DNA of 64,000 nucleotides, from NCBI RefSeq assembly GCF_036588685.1, contig NC_086373.1, forward strand, positions 73,656,001 through 73,720,000, in the 5' to 3' direction. Numbering within the stretch: position 1 is the first letter of the stretch; every line of letters starts with the position of its first letter. Position numbers and translations under genes: made by a program. The notes under the pieces are model-generated. The model did no database searches, had not been told where the DNA came from, and saw only the letters and a list, made by a program, of their open reading frames with translations. The DNA is from Mytilus trossulus. Its lineage: Eukaryota. Below, piece after piece: positions 26,101-38,654 of the stretch.

Positions 26101-29100
26101 GGCATAAAAACCATTTTTATTAAACTATCATTGTATATTTTTTGTCTTCAATGAAGCTTTTAACTATCAATTTTGTTCAAGGCATGATATGAAATTTATT
26201 CCCAATATTCTTATACCGTATTGGTGACACATGATCACTTTTTAAATTATGCCATTTTTGGGAAGATATGTTTTCACAACAAAAGTAATCTAGCTACACA
26301 AGTCTGCACATGGACCACAATGTCAATGAATATTATATACATATACAAAAGCATCAGTTAGTACTCCTAAACAAATAAACATATTTACAGTTTATGTTTT
26401 TACCTGACATTCTGGTCTGTTAATCCATGGTTCTGTTTTCTGATAAGTAGTTCTCCTTGCTATACAGTGAGGTATGGTTACTGGATATGTGTCTGAGGCC
26501 CTCCCAAGTCTGAGATTTAATGAGCCAGGATGTATAATCACTACAGTTGCTGTTTGTATAGGCTAAACAAAAATAAATTCAAACTTAATGGTTTTCTTTT
26601 AAATTATTATTTTCTAAGAAATTGCTGTTGTTACTAAACATAATAAAAACTTGTTAACAAGAATTCAATAAGGCTGAGTTCACTTGAAAATCTCGAGTTA
26701 ACTTTACTTACTCGGGTTTCAATAAAACGATTTAAGTTAAACCACTCGAGTTAACCCCTCTGACCCTTGTTCTAACCCTTGCCGAGCCAGGGTTAAACTC
26801 GAGAAACTCTTGAATGACATCAAACCAATGAGAATATTTTATTTTGTTATGCTTGGTCGTGGCCTTACTCTAGAGTTCCGAATATCAACTCTACGTAATA
26901 ATCTATTAACTCTGAAGTCGATTGAAGAGTTTCAAGTGAACTCGGCCTAAGAAAAATTGAAAACTCCTAAATATCACAACATTTAGTAAAGAGCAAATAA
27001 GACAGCTAACAGCAATCTTCTTAGTTACAAAAAGGACAATTCATAAAGTTAGGGGTACTACTTGTACAAGTAATTTTTATATACTTATATATTCCAATTT
27101 GTAGGTTACTTATACAAGTGAATTTTATTTACTTATATACACATGTAGGTAAAAAAAATACTTAGCTGAGTTATGTCCCTTACAAGACTAATTTTAACTT
27201 TTCAACTATGATGATGGTAAAAGATGTATTTTTGGAATTATTAAACAATAATCATGATAATTAGAACCAGAAGACTGCTATCAACATTCTATTTTTTTAA
27301 TTGCCACCTGATTGAATAAGGTAATTCAATTACGTGTATTTGATGTTTCAGACCTGTGTGAAAATATAAATGGCATTTTAATTGGCTTGATTGAGGATTA
27401 CAAAAAGTGTCAAAATTGTTTCTTCTTCTGATATACAATTACAGTTTCATTAATATTGAAGATTGCGAAGCATGTGCGGCGTATATGATTAAAAATATCA
27501 ACAAAAATTTATCTTTAAATTTGTAGAATACTTGGTGATATTTACATGAAAGAAAACAACAAGTGATTAAAAAATATGTAGATTGTTATCTATAGAATTA
27601 AATTATGTCGTGGAGAACAGTTGGTGTCAACTGATCTCTTTAGGTTTTAATGATTTGACATGCTACCACAACTTGTGGTAACAAGTTCCATTGGATGATT
27701 GTTTGTGGAAAGAATGACCATTTGTAGCTGTATTTAGAGGTGGATATTTGGCGTTTGAGTATGTAATTTTCTTGTTCTAGTATCTGATGGTATGAGGACT
27801 AGTGATGGGATTGCAATGAGTCCATGAATGACCTTGTAGAACATGATAATTCTGGTTTTGAGGCGGCGCTCAGTGAGTGAGGGCCATTGTAGTTCGTTTA
27901 ACATGGATGTAACACTAGTGGTGTTGTAACATACGTATCAGGCCGCACGCTTCTGTACCATTACTAGCTTATTTTTATATTCTGCTGTGTGTGGATCCCA
28001 TATATACACTACAGGCATATTCAAGTTTTGGTCTCCCTATTGATTGATAAGCATGGGATTTGATATTGGTGTTAGTAAAAAAAAAATAAGTTTCGCCTCA
28101 GAAAGCCAAGAGATTTACCGGTATTTGCATTTGATAGTTCCATTTTAAGTTAGACTGTAGGGTTATGCAGAGATATCTTGCAGATGTTACTAATTCTAAA
28201 ATATGGTTATGTAGGATGTAATCGTGTTTAAATGGTTTCTTTTTTGTGTGATGGTTAAGATAGTGCATTTTCCTGAATGGAATGCATGAGTCAATCAGCC
28301 TCCCATTTAGCTGCTGCATTAAGCTCTTTTTGTAAATTTGTGCAGTCTTGTTGACATGAAATTTCTTGGTATATAATACTATTATCAGCGAAAAAAGAGT
28401 CGTAATTTGCTGTGTTCGAGGTATTCTGGAAAATCGTTAATGTAAATTAAAAAGAGTATAGGCCCAAGGACAGTTCCTTGGGGGACACCTGATGTTACTG
28501 GTGCTGTATTTGAGGTTATTCTGTCTATTACCACTGTTTGTGTACGGTCTGATAAGAAAGCCTGAATCTATTTTCGAGTGTTACCTTGAATGCCATAGTA
28601 TTTTAGTTTGTAGAGTAGATGTTTTTGGGGAACCTTATCGAAGGCCTTGGCAAAATCCATAATAATGAGGTCTGTTTGTATTATTTGCTGCTGTTGTTAT
28701 GAAGTTCTTGTATAAATTGAATTAGTTGTTATTCACATGATCTCGATTTTCGGAAACCATGTAGGGAGGTTGTAGAGTATGTTATTTGCGTCTAAATAGT
28801 TAATATCTGACAGATGTAACTTGTCACTACGGTATATGCTCCATCAATTTACAACAAATACAAGTGAGTGAAATGGTCTATAATTTTCAGCCTTGTATCG
28901 GTTGCCCTTTTTAAATGCTAATGCAACAATTGCATGTTGTTTGCACCTGTCCTAAGTCAGGAATCTGATGTACAGTAGTTGTTGTTTGTTTATGTAATAT
29001 ATACGTGTTTCTCGTTTCTCGTTTTGTTTATATAGATTAGACCGTTGGTTTTCCCGTTTGAATGGTTTTACACTAGTAATTTTGGGGCCCCTTATAGCTT

Positions 29101-30203
29101 GTTGTTCGGTGTGAGCCAAGGCTCCGTGTTGAAGGCCGTACTTTAACCTATAATGGTTTAATTTTTAAATTGATATTTGGATGGAGAGTTGTCTCATTGG
29201 CACTCACACCACATCTTCCTTTATCTATTTTTGGTGTTTTTCCCGATTCCAGAGATTTGGTAAATATGGTGGTAAGGATAGGTGCTATTTGTGCTTTTAG
29301 TTCTTTTAATACACATCCACTGATGTTATCTGGACCACCTGCTTTGTGTGGATTTAGTTTATGTAACAATTTTTCCACACTTGGTGTAGTGATGTTTATT
29401 TCTGGCATTTTTGTGTATGGGCTTGGACCCTTATCAGGAATATTAGATGGTGGTTCCTTAGTAAATACTGACTTAAATTGTTGGTTAAGAATGTCTGCTT
29501 TTTCAGTAGTGTCTGTAACAAGTATACCTTCTTTTTTCAGAGGCGCAATTCCCGTATTATCATTTCTAGTTCTTTTGATGAACTGAAATAGCTTTTTTGG
29601 TTTTGTGTTTGTGGACTGATGTTGGTCCGGTTCATTGATTGGTAAATCACAAATAATTTGTTCTATGTAGTTCCAGTAGGCCTCCCTTTGTTCTTTTTGT
29701 ACTGTTTGTTTTAGTTTCTTGTATTTAGAAGGATTTTTATTTCTGTTTATATAACACTTGTTTTTCTTGTTAAGAAGTTCCTACGGTTGTTGTTTATCCA
29801 CGGTAGTCTATGCTTGTATGAGAGCATTTTGTGAGGTACATTTGACGCTATTGATTTGAGATCGTTTTTGAAGGTGTTCCATAGTGTATCTGCATCACTT
29901 CAATCATACAATTTATTGATGGTATTAATTGTTGTAGTAAGGTCATTTTTTATGTTTAATCTAATTACATCATGGAACTTTAATTGTACAGGTGAATTAA
30001 CTTGCTATAAAGGTCAACATTAATTTTGGACTAAAAACTATAGAAGCTATATATGTAAATGCTACATATATCAGTTTGTTCATTATAAAGTTCCAGTTAA
30101 TCTAAATGCATACATAATTTGGTAAAAATCTGAAAATTGTCAAATAATTGAAGAAGATACACATACAACCTACTGTTCGTGAGAAGACTCTAATAACAGT
30201 CAT
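17160..30203 (-). CDS. ACTR8: Actin-related protein 8 (INO80 complex subunit). Exons: 26562-26404, 25697-25587, 24036-23935, 22875-22702, 21953-21843, 21695-21580, 20798-20645, 20035-19808, 19326-19080, 18027-17864, 17303-17160; first coding exon tentatively 30203-30174
   Basis: Spliced translation gives [97 protein letters not shown] and [41 protein letters not shown], matching Arp8. The N-terminus ([10 protein letters not shown]) is uncertain. Confidence 0.93.
18267..18391. repeat. Hairpin/MITE arm
   Basis: ATTGAATGCTTCTTTTTGTAA...TTACAAAAAGAAGCATTCAAT inverted repeat. Confidence 0.7.
23421..23695. mobile_element. MITE
   Basis: TIRs AGGTGGTACCTAACAC / GTGTTGGGTACCACCT. Confidence 0.75.
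25045..25426. mobile_element. MITE
   Basis: 24-bp TIR AAAATAATTCATGGGGGCTTGAAT / ATTCAAGCCCCCATGAATTATTTT. Confidence 0.8.
25740..26110. mobile_element. HINE-like family 1 copy (reverse orientation)
   Basis: Reverse-complement match to 3543-3992, with (GGAC/AGAC)n tract and internal duplication. Confidence 0.7.
26672..26947. mobile_element. PIF/Harbinger (Tourist-like) MITE
   Basis: TIR GGCYGAGTTCACTTGAAA with TAA target-site duplication on both sides. Confidence 0.8.
27660..29960 (-). mobile_element. Decayed CR1-group LINE (RT region) in an ACTR8 intron
   Basis: [39 protein letters not shown] and FADN motifs with stops and frameshifts; interrupted at about 28938-29228. Confidence 0.85.
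28938..29228. mobile_element. Abundant dispersed repeat inserted in the LINE
   Basis: GTTTGCACCTGTCCTAAGTCAGG...GGAGAGTTGTCTCATTGGCACTCACACCACAT; near-identical to 48094-48385 and to the split copy at 54704-54826 plus 57821-57990. Confidence 0.75.
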
Positions 30204-30412
30204 CTAACTTAAACTTTTGACAATTAAAAGACACACTTATTATATCCATGGTAACAGCAGCAGTCTAAAAAATTCCAACGGCAATGAATTCTACAGTTCA
30301 TTCTATTGTTATGCAGGGGTAGGTTTTCAAGAGTTGATTAACTATGAATTAATTAAGGAATTATTTTCGTTTTTATTAGGTTTGGACCGTTTTCATGCAG
30401 TCAGGATCTTAC

Positions 30413-30500
30413 TTCGTCAAAATTATCTCCCCATTACGGCAGTTCATTTTCACAATCGTAAAAATGGAAGCCATTGTAGCGATGACGCGTTACCAATTTT
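30413..30500 (-). promoter_or_regulatory. Probable first (5'UTR) exon and promoter region of ACTR8
   Basis: Strong donor GAA|gtaag at 30412, local CpG enrichment, CRE-like TGACGC near 30483. Confidence 0.4.
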
Positions 30501-31912
30501 GCTCTTGGAAACATAAATTTATCCACATTGCACCAATAAGATCCATATATATGTCACTTATATTTTAAAAGACAAATGTATCAACTAGCAAATGAGCATC
30601 AGTTAATGATCTTGTCTGCATTGATTCAACTTAAAACTATTGTCTGATCGGTTGTCAGGTGGAATTTTCGAAAAATCATAAACATTTAAAAAAAATCTTA
30701 ATTAAATATTTCGTGGAAGGGCAGACTAGATTATTTTAGTGGTTGATGACTATAAACCCTAGTTATCACACACAAAAATTAGAATTTTTTCGAAGATATG
30801 CATTTTCATCATCCAACTTGTAAGACTGTCGTCAAGTACTTTCAGTGAAAAAATAGCTATTCGAACACACCTTCCCTGTTTTTGTGACTAATTAGATAGG
30901 TATTTCACTTGACCCATATATTTCATCTTTTAGTACTGTTATTTTTTTGTGTTATAAAGTCAACCTGTAGCTTTAATATATAAAAATGATAGAATCTGAA
31001 GCGAGACGATGTATGAAATATTCTTACTTTGAACGATATCAAGACAAAATACTCAACTCAAACACGCCCTAACATAAAAAGGTGCACTCGATTTTCTCTT
31101 TTGGATACAATTGTTACCTATTTTTCGGATTTTTTTCTTCAGTCACATAATGGAAGGGCTGACACGAAAATAACTGAACTAATAGATTGAAATGTTTTCC
31201 GTCCGTGGTAATTTTTTCAAAAAAATCGGAGGTTATGCATTTTTGTCATCCAACTTGAAAGATACCCATGTCGTTGACTTGATATCTAATTGTTCTGCTT
31301 AATTATGTACTAGATAAATTGAAAACTTATGCAAATGGTGTTTTTGAAATAAAACACCTCGTAATTGAGAAGAAAATTGCAGTTTTGTTTGTTTCTATTA
31401 ACTTTAAAAAAAATTTGTCACTATAGTAAACAATACAGTAAACATTTATCGCCTTCTCTAATAGAGAGCTTCGATTCTTTTGTTCTATTTCAACCTGGTT
31501 TCTGACTGCATGGCAACGATAGCCATTTGGAATTTTTTAAGATGGACTTCAGGCTTTCGAATTATGAGTTATAGTATCTTAAAGTTTCATTTAATTTGGA
31601 CCATTCTTCAATTATTTGACAATTCCTCAGATTTTTACCAAATTATGTATGCATTTAGATTAACTGGAACTTTATAACGAACAAACCAGGGATGGGCACG
31701 ATTACTGATAATAATCGATTACATGAAGGATTTTTGTGCAACTGATTAATAATCGATTACTCAAATTTTAAAAATGTAATCAATTACAATCGATTACTTT
31801 ATCAAAAGTAATTACATTACTTTTCGATTACTATCAATTACATACATTTCAACAAAAAATAACAGGAGTAAAACACAATTATATTGCTTAACATTTGTAT
31901 AGTGGAAATTAA

Positions 31913-32601
31913 AGGGGCACTAGCTACGAGATATATAAAAAATCTTAAATTATATTTTTTTTTTGTTCAATCAATAATGAAAGTGAAATAGTGAAATAAT
32001 AATTCGCTTTTAGCAGCCAAAATGGTTTAATATTGTCAAATTAAGCGATGAAACAACATTGATAACTACTGTTTCACTTGCAAGTGAATTAGCCAACCTT
32101 ATTAAATTCTTATTCATGTGAACTTTAATTTAACACCTTGCTAGAGATTGACAATGCATGCATTATACGTGTACAGGTTATTTAAAGAAAAAGAATGTCA
32201 ACAATGAAAGTGAAACTACGGTAAAGCATTTGATTACTGATTCGATCTATAAAAAATCATTCTTATACGGTTAAAAACAATGAGACATAAAAATTGTTAA
32301 TCTATAAGATAAAATCAAACAGACCTATAAAAATCCAATTGCACATGTCGGTTTAATCTATTCATATTGTTATTTATGTTTACATCGCTTATATGGTCAT
32401 CTGAGGTCAAAGCAATAGTTAATTAGATGGGGTCTGGACTAACATACACACGAAACGAATCTACATATCATCTATACCATGCTCTGTATACTGTTTATTT
32501 TAGACTTTTGGTAGTTTGGATAAATGTTTTACATTGTTATAAATCAAATATGAGAATTTGAGTCAAATCGGTGACCATGAATTTGACAGCTAGTGCCCCT
32601 T
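31913..32601. mobile_element. TTAA-flanked MITE (Kolobok/piggyBac-like), nested
   Basis: ttaa AGGGGCACTAGCT ... AGCTAGTGCCCCT ttaa. Confidence 0.8.
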
Positions 32602-32892
32602 TAAGATATGAAAAAAAAGCATCATTCAAAGCAATGTTTCTAAAATATAAGTTAATAGCTGTTTTTTTTTTAGATCAAATCTCTTGATGAAGATTAGAAA
32701 TAATTAAAAAATCTTGAAATTTTGACTTTCAACATAAATGAAAGATGTCATCGCATTGCAATAATAACATATTCATAACTAATTGTTTTTCAAAAATTTA
32801 GCTTTCTTACTGTACTTATGTTAGCTTTTTGTTTTACTCTTAAAAAAAATATTTTAGCATAGTTATTATAATTTTTATAAAGGAAATATAAA

Positions 32893-34964
32893 ACTAGAGG
32901 CTCCAAAGAGCCTGTGTCGCTCACCTTGGTCTATGTGAATATTAAACAAAGGAGGCATTGGAATTCATGACAAAATTGTGTTTTGGTGATGTGTTTGTAC
33001 ATCTTACTTTACTGAAAAATCTTGCTGCTTACAATTATTTCTATCTATATTGAACTTGGCCTAAAAGTTTCAGTCGAAAATGTTAGTTAAAATTTACAAA
33101 TTTTATGAAAATTGTTAAAAATTGACTATAAAGGACAATAACTCCTTATGGGGTCAATTGACCATTTTGGTCATGTTGACTTATTTCTAAATCTTACTTT
33201 GCTGATAATAATAATAATAACAAACAAGAGGCTCTAAAGAGCCTGTGTCGCTCACCTTGGTCTATGTGAATATCAAACAAAGGAAGCAGATGGATTCATG
33301 ATTTCAAAATTATGTTTTGGTGATGGTGATGTGTTTGAAAATCTTACTTTACTTAACATTCTTTTTGCTACAATTATCTCTATCTATATTGAACTTGGCC
33401 TGGTAGTTTCAGTGGAAAATGTTTACAAATTTTATGAAAATCGTTAAAAATTGACTATAAAGGACAATAACTCCTAAGGGGGTCAATTGACCATTTTGGT
33501 CATGTTGACTTATTTGTAAATCTTACTTTGCTGAACATTATTGCTGTTTACTGTTTATCTCTATCTATAATCATATTCAAGATAATAAGCGAAAACTGAC
33601 AAAATTCCCTTAAAATTACCAATTCAGGGGCAGTAACCCAATAACCGGTTGTCCAATTCATCTGAAAATTTCAGGACAGATAGATCTAGACCTGATGAAC
33701 AATTAAACCCATGTCAGATTTGCTTTAAATGCTTTGGTTTTTGAGTTATAAGCCAAAAACTGCACTTTACCCCTATGTTCTATTTTTAGCCATGGCGACC
33801 ATCTTGGTTGGTTTGACGGGTCACGCCACACATTTTTTAAACTAGATACCCCAATGATGAGTGTGGCCAAGTTTAGTTTAATATGGCCCAGTAGTTTCAG
33901 AGGAGAAGATTTTTGTAAAAGTCAACGACGACAGGCGACGACGGACGACGGAAGACGACAGATGACGGAAGACGACAGACGACGGACGCCAAGTGATGAG
34001 AAAAGCTCACTTGGCCCTTTGGGCCAGCCTAGGTGAGCTAAAAACAGCAAAATTTCCTTAAAATGACTAATTCAGGGGCAGCAACCTAACAGTGGGTAGT
34101 CTGATCCATCTGCAAATTTCATGGCAGATAGATCTAGACCTGATAAACAATTTGACCCCATGTCAGATTTGCTCTAAATGCTTTGATTTTTGAGTTATAA
34201 GCCAAAAACTGCATTTCACCCCTATGTTCTATTTTTAGCCATGGCGGCCATCTCAGAGATGCAACTAATCGTCAGCCCTGTCAGACCTGAGGGGCAGAAT
34301 TTCTGCAGGTCAGGCAAAACTTGTTGCTGTGCAGGACCTGATGGCTGGCAATATTCTAGTCTTCTTGGGTCCCCCAAAACTTAATTCCCTGTCTGTCCTG
34401 GTAGAGTATTTTGTTAATAAATTTGTGATCATCTCAAATAAAGGTAAATTTCCTGTTCCCTCGCTTTTTCTAACTTCAAGAACCAGTATTTCTGCCCAGT
34501 GATAGTCTTTTCATACCATGTCCATCACACCCCAAACCCTTCTGCGTATTTCCTTCATGTTTCTGGTTTTAGAAATTCTTTCTTCAGGAAGGAGGTCTAT
34601 TAAACATAGTTGATAAGTTTAGGAAATATGTCATGGCTGAGAAAATTTGTAAGCAGGTCTCATTTGATTTTTGAGTGAAAATAGAGGTCCGGCAGAAATG
34701 TGATGGGTCTGGCAAAACTTGGTACCATGTAGGCCCTTATGTCAGACAGGGAAAAAAAAGTGTTTGCATCTCTGCCATCTTGATTGGCTTGGCGGGTCAC
34801 GCCACACATTTTTTAAACTAGATACCCCAATGATGATTGTGGTCAAGTTTGGTCTAATTTGGCTAAGTAGTTTCAGAGGAGAAGATTTTTGTAAAAGTTA
34901 ACGACGCCGGACGCTAAGTGATGAGAAAAGCTCACATGGCCCTTTGGGCCAGGTGAGCTAAAAA
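32893..34964. mobile_element. Two interleaved HINE-like family 2 copies, nested
   Basis: Start AGAGGCTCYAAAGAGCCTGTGTCGCTCACC occurs twice (32897, 33228) and end GGCCCTTTGGGCC..GGTGAGCTAAAA occurs twice; (GACGACG)n tract. Confidence 0.7.
34254..34774. mobile_element. MITE nested in the HINE-like element
   Basis: TIR CAGAGATGCAA / TTGCATCTCTG with 6-bp duplication CCATCT. Confidence 0.75.
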
Positions 34965-35710
34965 TGTAGTATAAAACTTAACGAAAGACAAACACATTTC
35001 TTATTTAAGATCTATTTTATTATTTCAAATCTATTTTCTTATTTAAATATTAAAGCTCTTGAATTATTGACAAGCAAATACATCCATCTGTTTCAAAAGC
35101 TAGATATAAAGTAAATTCAGGAAGGTGATCTGGTTACTCATAATGCAGTTTGAGACAATAGATAGAAATAGGCAGTTGCTTAACTCTCAAGTATTGTTGA
35201 TGCATAATTTTTTATCTGTACTACAAAGTGATAACATACATATTTTCCTCTGAATAGGTTATATTTCATCAAACTATTTTACTAAAGTAACCGAAATGTA
35301 ATCGGAAAGTAATCGATGATTACATCAAAATTTTTGCTGTAATCGATTAAATTACGATTACATGTAATCAAAAATGTCTTCGATTACAGATTACTGTTAA
35401 TTACTTGAAAAAATGTAATCAATTACAATCGATTACGATTACAGATTACGATTACCCCATCCCTGGAACAAACTGATACATTTAGCAACACACTAAGGGT
35501 TACACATTTATAGTTTAACACTACAGCCTTATTGCTCCGGTTTTGTTACAAAATAAATGTCTGAAGTATCAAAATTTCGAAGTCCTATGGTACATTTTGA
35601 GGGTTCTGTGGTATTCAGTGGTAAGAAGACACTCCCCTTGTCTTAATGTGTTCATGCAAATAAGAATGCATTTGATTTCACAATTTCCATTGAAAAAGCA
35701 TGCATAGTCA

Positions 35711-35840
35711 TAGTCCAAATAATTATGATGTCTTGAAAGGCTATCATAATTTTTTTTCTTTGACGCCTTACTTCGTCGAAGTAAGGCGTCTAGGAAAAAA
35801 AATATAATAGCCTTTCAAGACGTCATAATTATTTGGACTA
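35711..35840. mobile_element. 130-bp foldback MITE (Mutator-like)
   Basis: Near-perfect palindrome flanked by 9-bp TSD GCATAGTCA; a partial second copy at about 35890-35935. Confidence 0.85.
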
Positions 35841-36003
35841 GCATAGTCATAGCACATATTAAGATGACAGAACAAAACATATCATCAGACTAGTCCAAAT
35901 AATTATGACGTCTTGTAGGGCTATTTTTTCTTCTTTCTGGAATGCCTCCATTGTAGAATTAATATAGCCTTGCAAGAGGTCCTAACCATTGAATTACAGA
36001 ATC

Positions 36004-36749
36004 CGGGTCTGTTCGCGCCCATTCACATTCGCCACCTTTCACTTTCCCACCCCACATGTTCGCACCCAAAGTCTGTTCGCACCCTACATGTTCGCGCCCA
36101 ATTCTAATTGATTTTGTGTTTAATAACTTTGTAATCAAGTTTTGGCAAGTAGTGTTCTTAAAAAATATAATTGATTTCAATGTCTCAAAATAAAGCGAGA
36201 CAGCATTTTTTATGTGTTTAATAAATCTTAATCATGTTTTTGAGAGTGTATTGTTAAAAATAATAATATTCCTTTCTAATTAATGTGAGTCTGTCAACGT
36301 TTTATTTTGTGTTGAATAACACTTAATCATGTTATGTTTAGTGTATTGCCTATAACTTTGTTTCGTTGACTTGTTTCAAAATGAAGTGAGATTCTGACTA
36401 TGTTTTTTTCTGTGCGTTGAATAGATTTTATCATGTTTTGGTTTATACAACAGTGTATTGCTAATTTTATTATTTCATTGTTTCAGATCAAAGGGACCAA
36501 GCTGTTAAAAACAATTATCTTTTGAGTTTTCATTTAAAATATTTAATCTTTTACTCATACCAAGCTATAAATACATTCAGTTTTTACAGCAAAGCAATTA
36601 AAAACAACAATCATGATTTTCCAAATATTCAACTGGAATTTGAATTAAAATTGGGCGCGAACGTGTAGAGTGCGAACGGACCTTGGGTGCGAACGTGCGA
36701 GGTGCGAACGTGTAGGGTGCGAAAGTAAATTGGGCGCGAACGGACCTGA
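36004..36749. mobile_element. TIR element with subterminal GTTCGCRCCC repeats
   Basis: GGTCTGTTCGCGCCCA ... TGGGCGCGAACGGACC inverted ends. Confidence 0.75.
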
Positions 36750-37610
36750 TAATGTGGCTGACCCTGCTGTATACTTAATATCTGGTTTACTACCTATAGA
36801 AGCAGAAATACACTTAAAAATCCTCTCATTGTTTGGAAATATTGCAAGATCAAATAAAAATTCATCTGAGTGGAAGCTAGCAGAAAGACAACTACAGATT
36901 AAGAGCTTTGATAGTAACAGCTGGTTTATAGACATGAAAAAGATATGTATCAAATATAGTCTAGAAAACCCATTATCACTACTTTATATATTGATATGTC
37001 AAAAGGAAAATGGAAGAAATTGACTACCACAGCAGTACATAAATATTGGACAACAAGAATTAATGAAGAAATAATGTATTACTCAAGCTTGAAATACATT
37101 CCAACATCTTTATTTTGGTTGGGAAAGTTGGGAAAATTCATCCTTTGGCCTTAGCGAATAGTGCTAATCAAAGAGACATCAATAGAATTCCAATAAGAAT
37201 AAAAATTGCAACTGGAACCTACATTCTACAAACGAATAGAGCAGCTTACAATCAAAACAACGTTGATCCAACTTGTAAATTATGTGACCAAGCAGAAGAA
37301 TCACTTTCACATTTCTTGCTGTGTTGTAGAGCACTTGACCAATTTCGTACACCAATTTTGAAAAACATTATATATAAATGTAGTGAGCTTCCTGCTTTGC
37401 AACATTCTAATAGTCAGCTAGACATTTTGCAACTAATTATTAATCCATTCCACTATGCTTGCAGTGCTGAGTCAGAAAAGATATTAGCTATAGAATTGAA
37501 CCTCTGTGTAGACAATTAATTTATAAATTACATAATAAGAGGTACGAAATACTCTCAAAAATGGACTTGATAAGTAGCAGGAGAAAGATGAACTTTAAAG
37601 TCAGTTAGAT
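36750..37610 (+). mobile_element. 3' fragment of a non-LTR retrotransposon ORF
   Basis: AVYLISGLLPIEAEIH and CKLCDQAEESLSHFLLCC (CCHC finger); frameshifted. Confidence 0.75.
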
Positions 37611-38329
37611 AGGTCAAATAGGGTTTTTGCAGATCGCCTAGGCTTAATATTAAGTTTTATAAATAGAATTTTATTAGTATAAAGACAATTTTTATCTTTT
37701 ACATATAAAAGGATAAATAAATATCAAAAACTGTGAACTGTGTACATAATCCTCATAGTGTATATATATTGATGGATTGATATTCTATACTGTTGCGGTG
37801 GTGGAACTATTTTTATTGTTTTACTCCATATAACGGAGGTGTGCCTATATTGGCAGAAATTCATAGGATACAGATACAGATACAGATACCCTAACCATTT
37901 GGACTTGCATGTATGATTTGACCATAATACCATTCTAAAATGACAAACCAATGCCATTAGGATTAAAATGAACTGCGTTAAGATCTATTTATGTCATTAT
38001 TGACTTATTCTTGCATTACTTCACTCGTTGGATCCGGGGTTTGTGTATAAAGTCTTTTTGAAGCATTTGTAGGCATGATTTTTCATAGGTTTGGTTTATG
38101 TGTTGTGTTCACGTCATCATTTTTTGTGCAGAAATATATAAAATGCAAAAAGGAATCGGAAATTGACTTCTTTCTTCTCTCTTTTCTTCGTATGAGCTTC
38201 CTATTATAAGGGACACCCCTTATCGGGTAATATTAAAATATTAAAAAAAGGGGGAAGAAACAGGGACAAAATATATTACATCAAGGTAAAATCCAGTGGT
38301 GGTGCGCTATACATTGACCACGTGGATTT

Positions 38330-38650
38330 ACTGAAAAATCATCGTCACTCAATCAATGCAGCCGCTTCATTGTAAACCAAAGTCACACGCAGATTTTTAC
38401 AAAGAAATACTTGCACAACTTGTTCTCCTGACATTTGATGCTCAGAAAGCATTTGACAAATTAGACCATGAGATTCTCTTCAATAAAAAACTGTACCATG
38501 ACGGCATAACTGGCAATATTTGAATTTTGCTTAGAAATATGTACAAAAAACGTAGCAGTTAAAGTGAAATGGGACAATACTTTGTCAGATCAATTTATTC
38601 AGAGACAAGGGGTAAGACAAGAAGCCAAACTTTCCACGATACTCTACAAA
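38330..38650 (+). mobile_element. LINE RT fragment
   Basis: FDAQKAFDKLDHEIL, LYHDGITG and QGVRQEAKLSTILYK motifs. Confidence 0.7.
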
Positions 38651-38654
38651 ATTT

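Larger units (their letters stand above)
31687..35465. mobile_element. Non-autonomous hAT-like element hosting nested insertions
   Basis: TIR CAGGGATGGG / CCCATCCCTG, 8-bp TSD GAACAAAC, subterminal (CGATTAC) repeats at both ends. Confidence 0.85.

Noticed and set aside
27340-27430. Alternative ACTR8 first coding exon (ATG CCA TTT..)
   Set aside because: Available donors are phase 1 or 2 and do not fit the phase-0 exon at 26562
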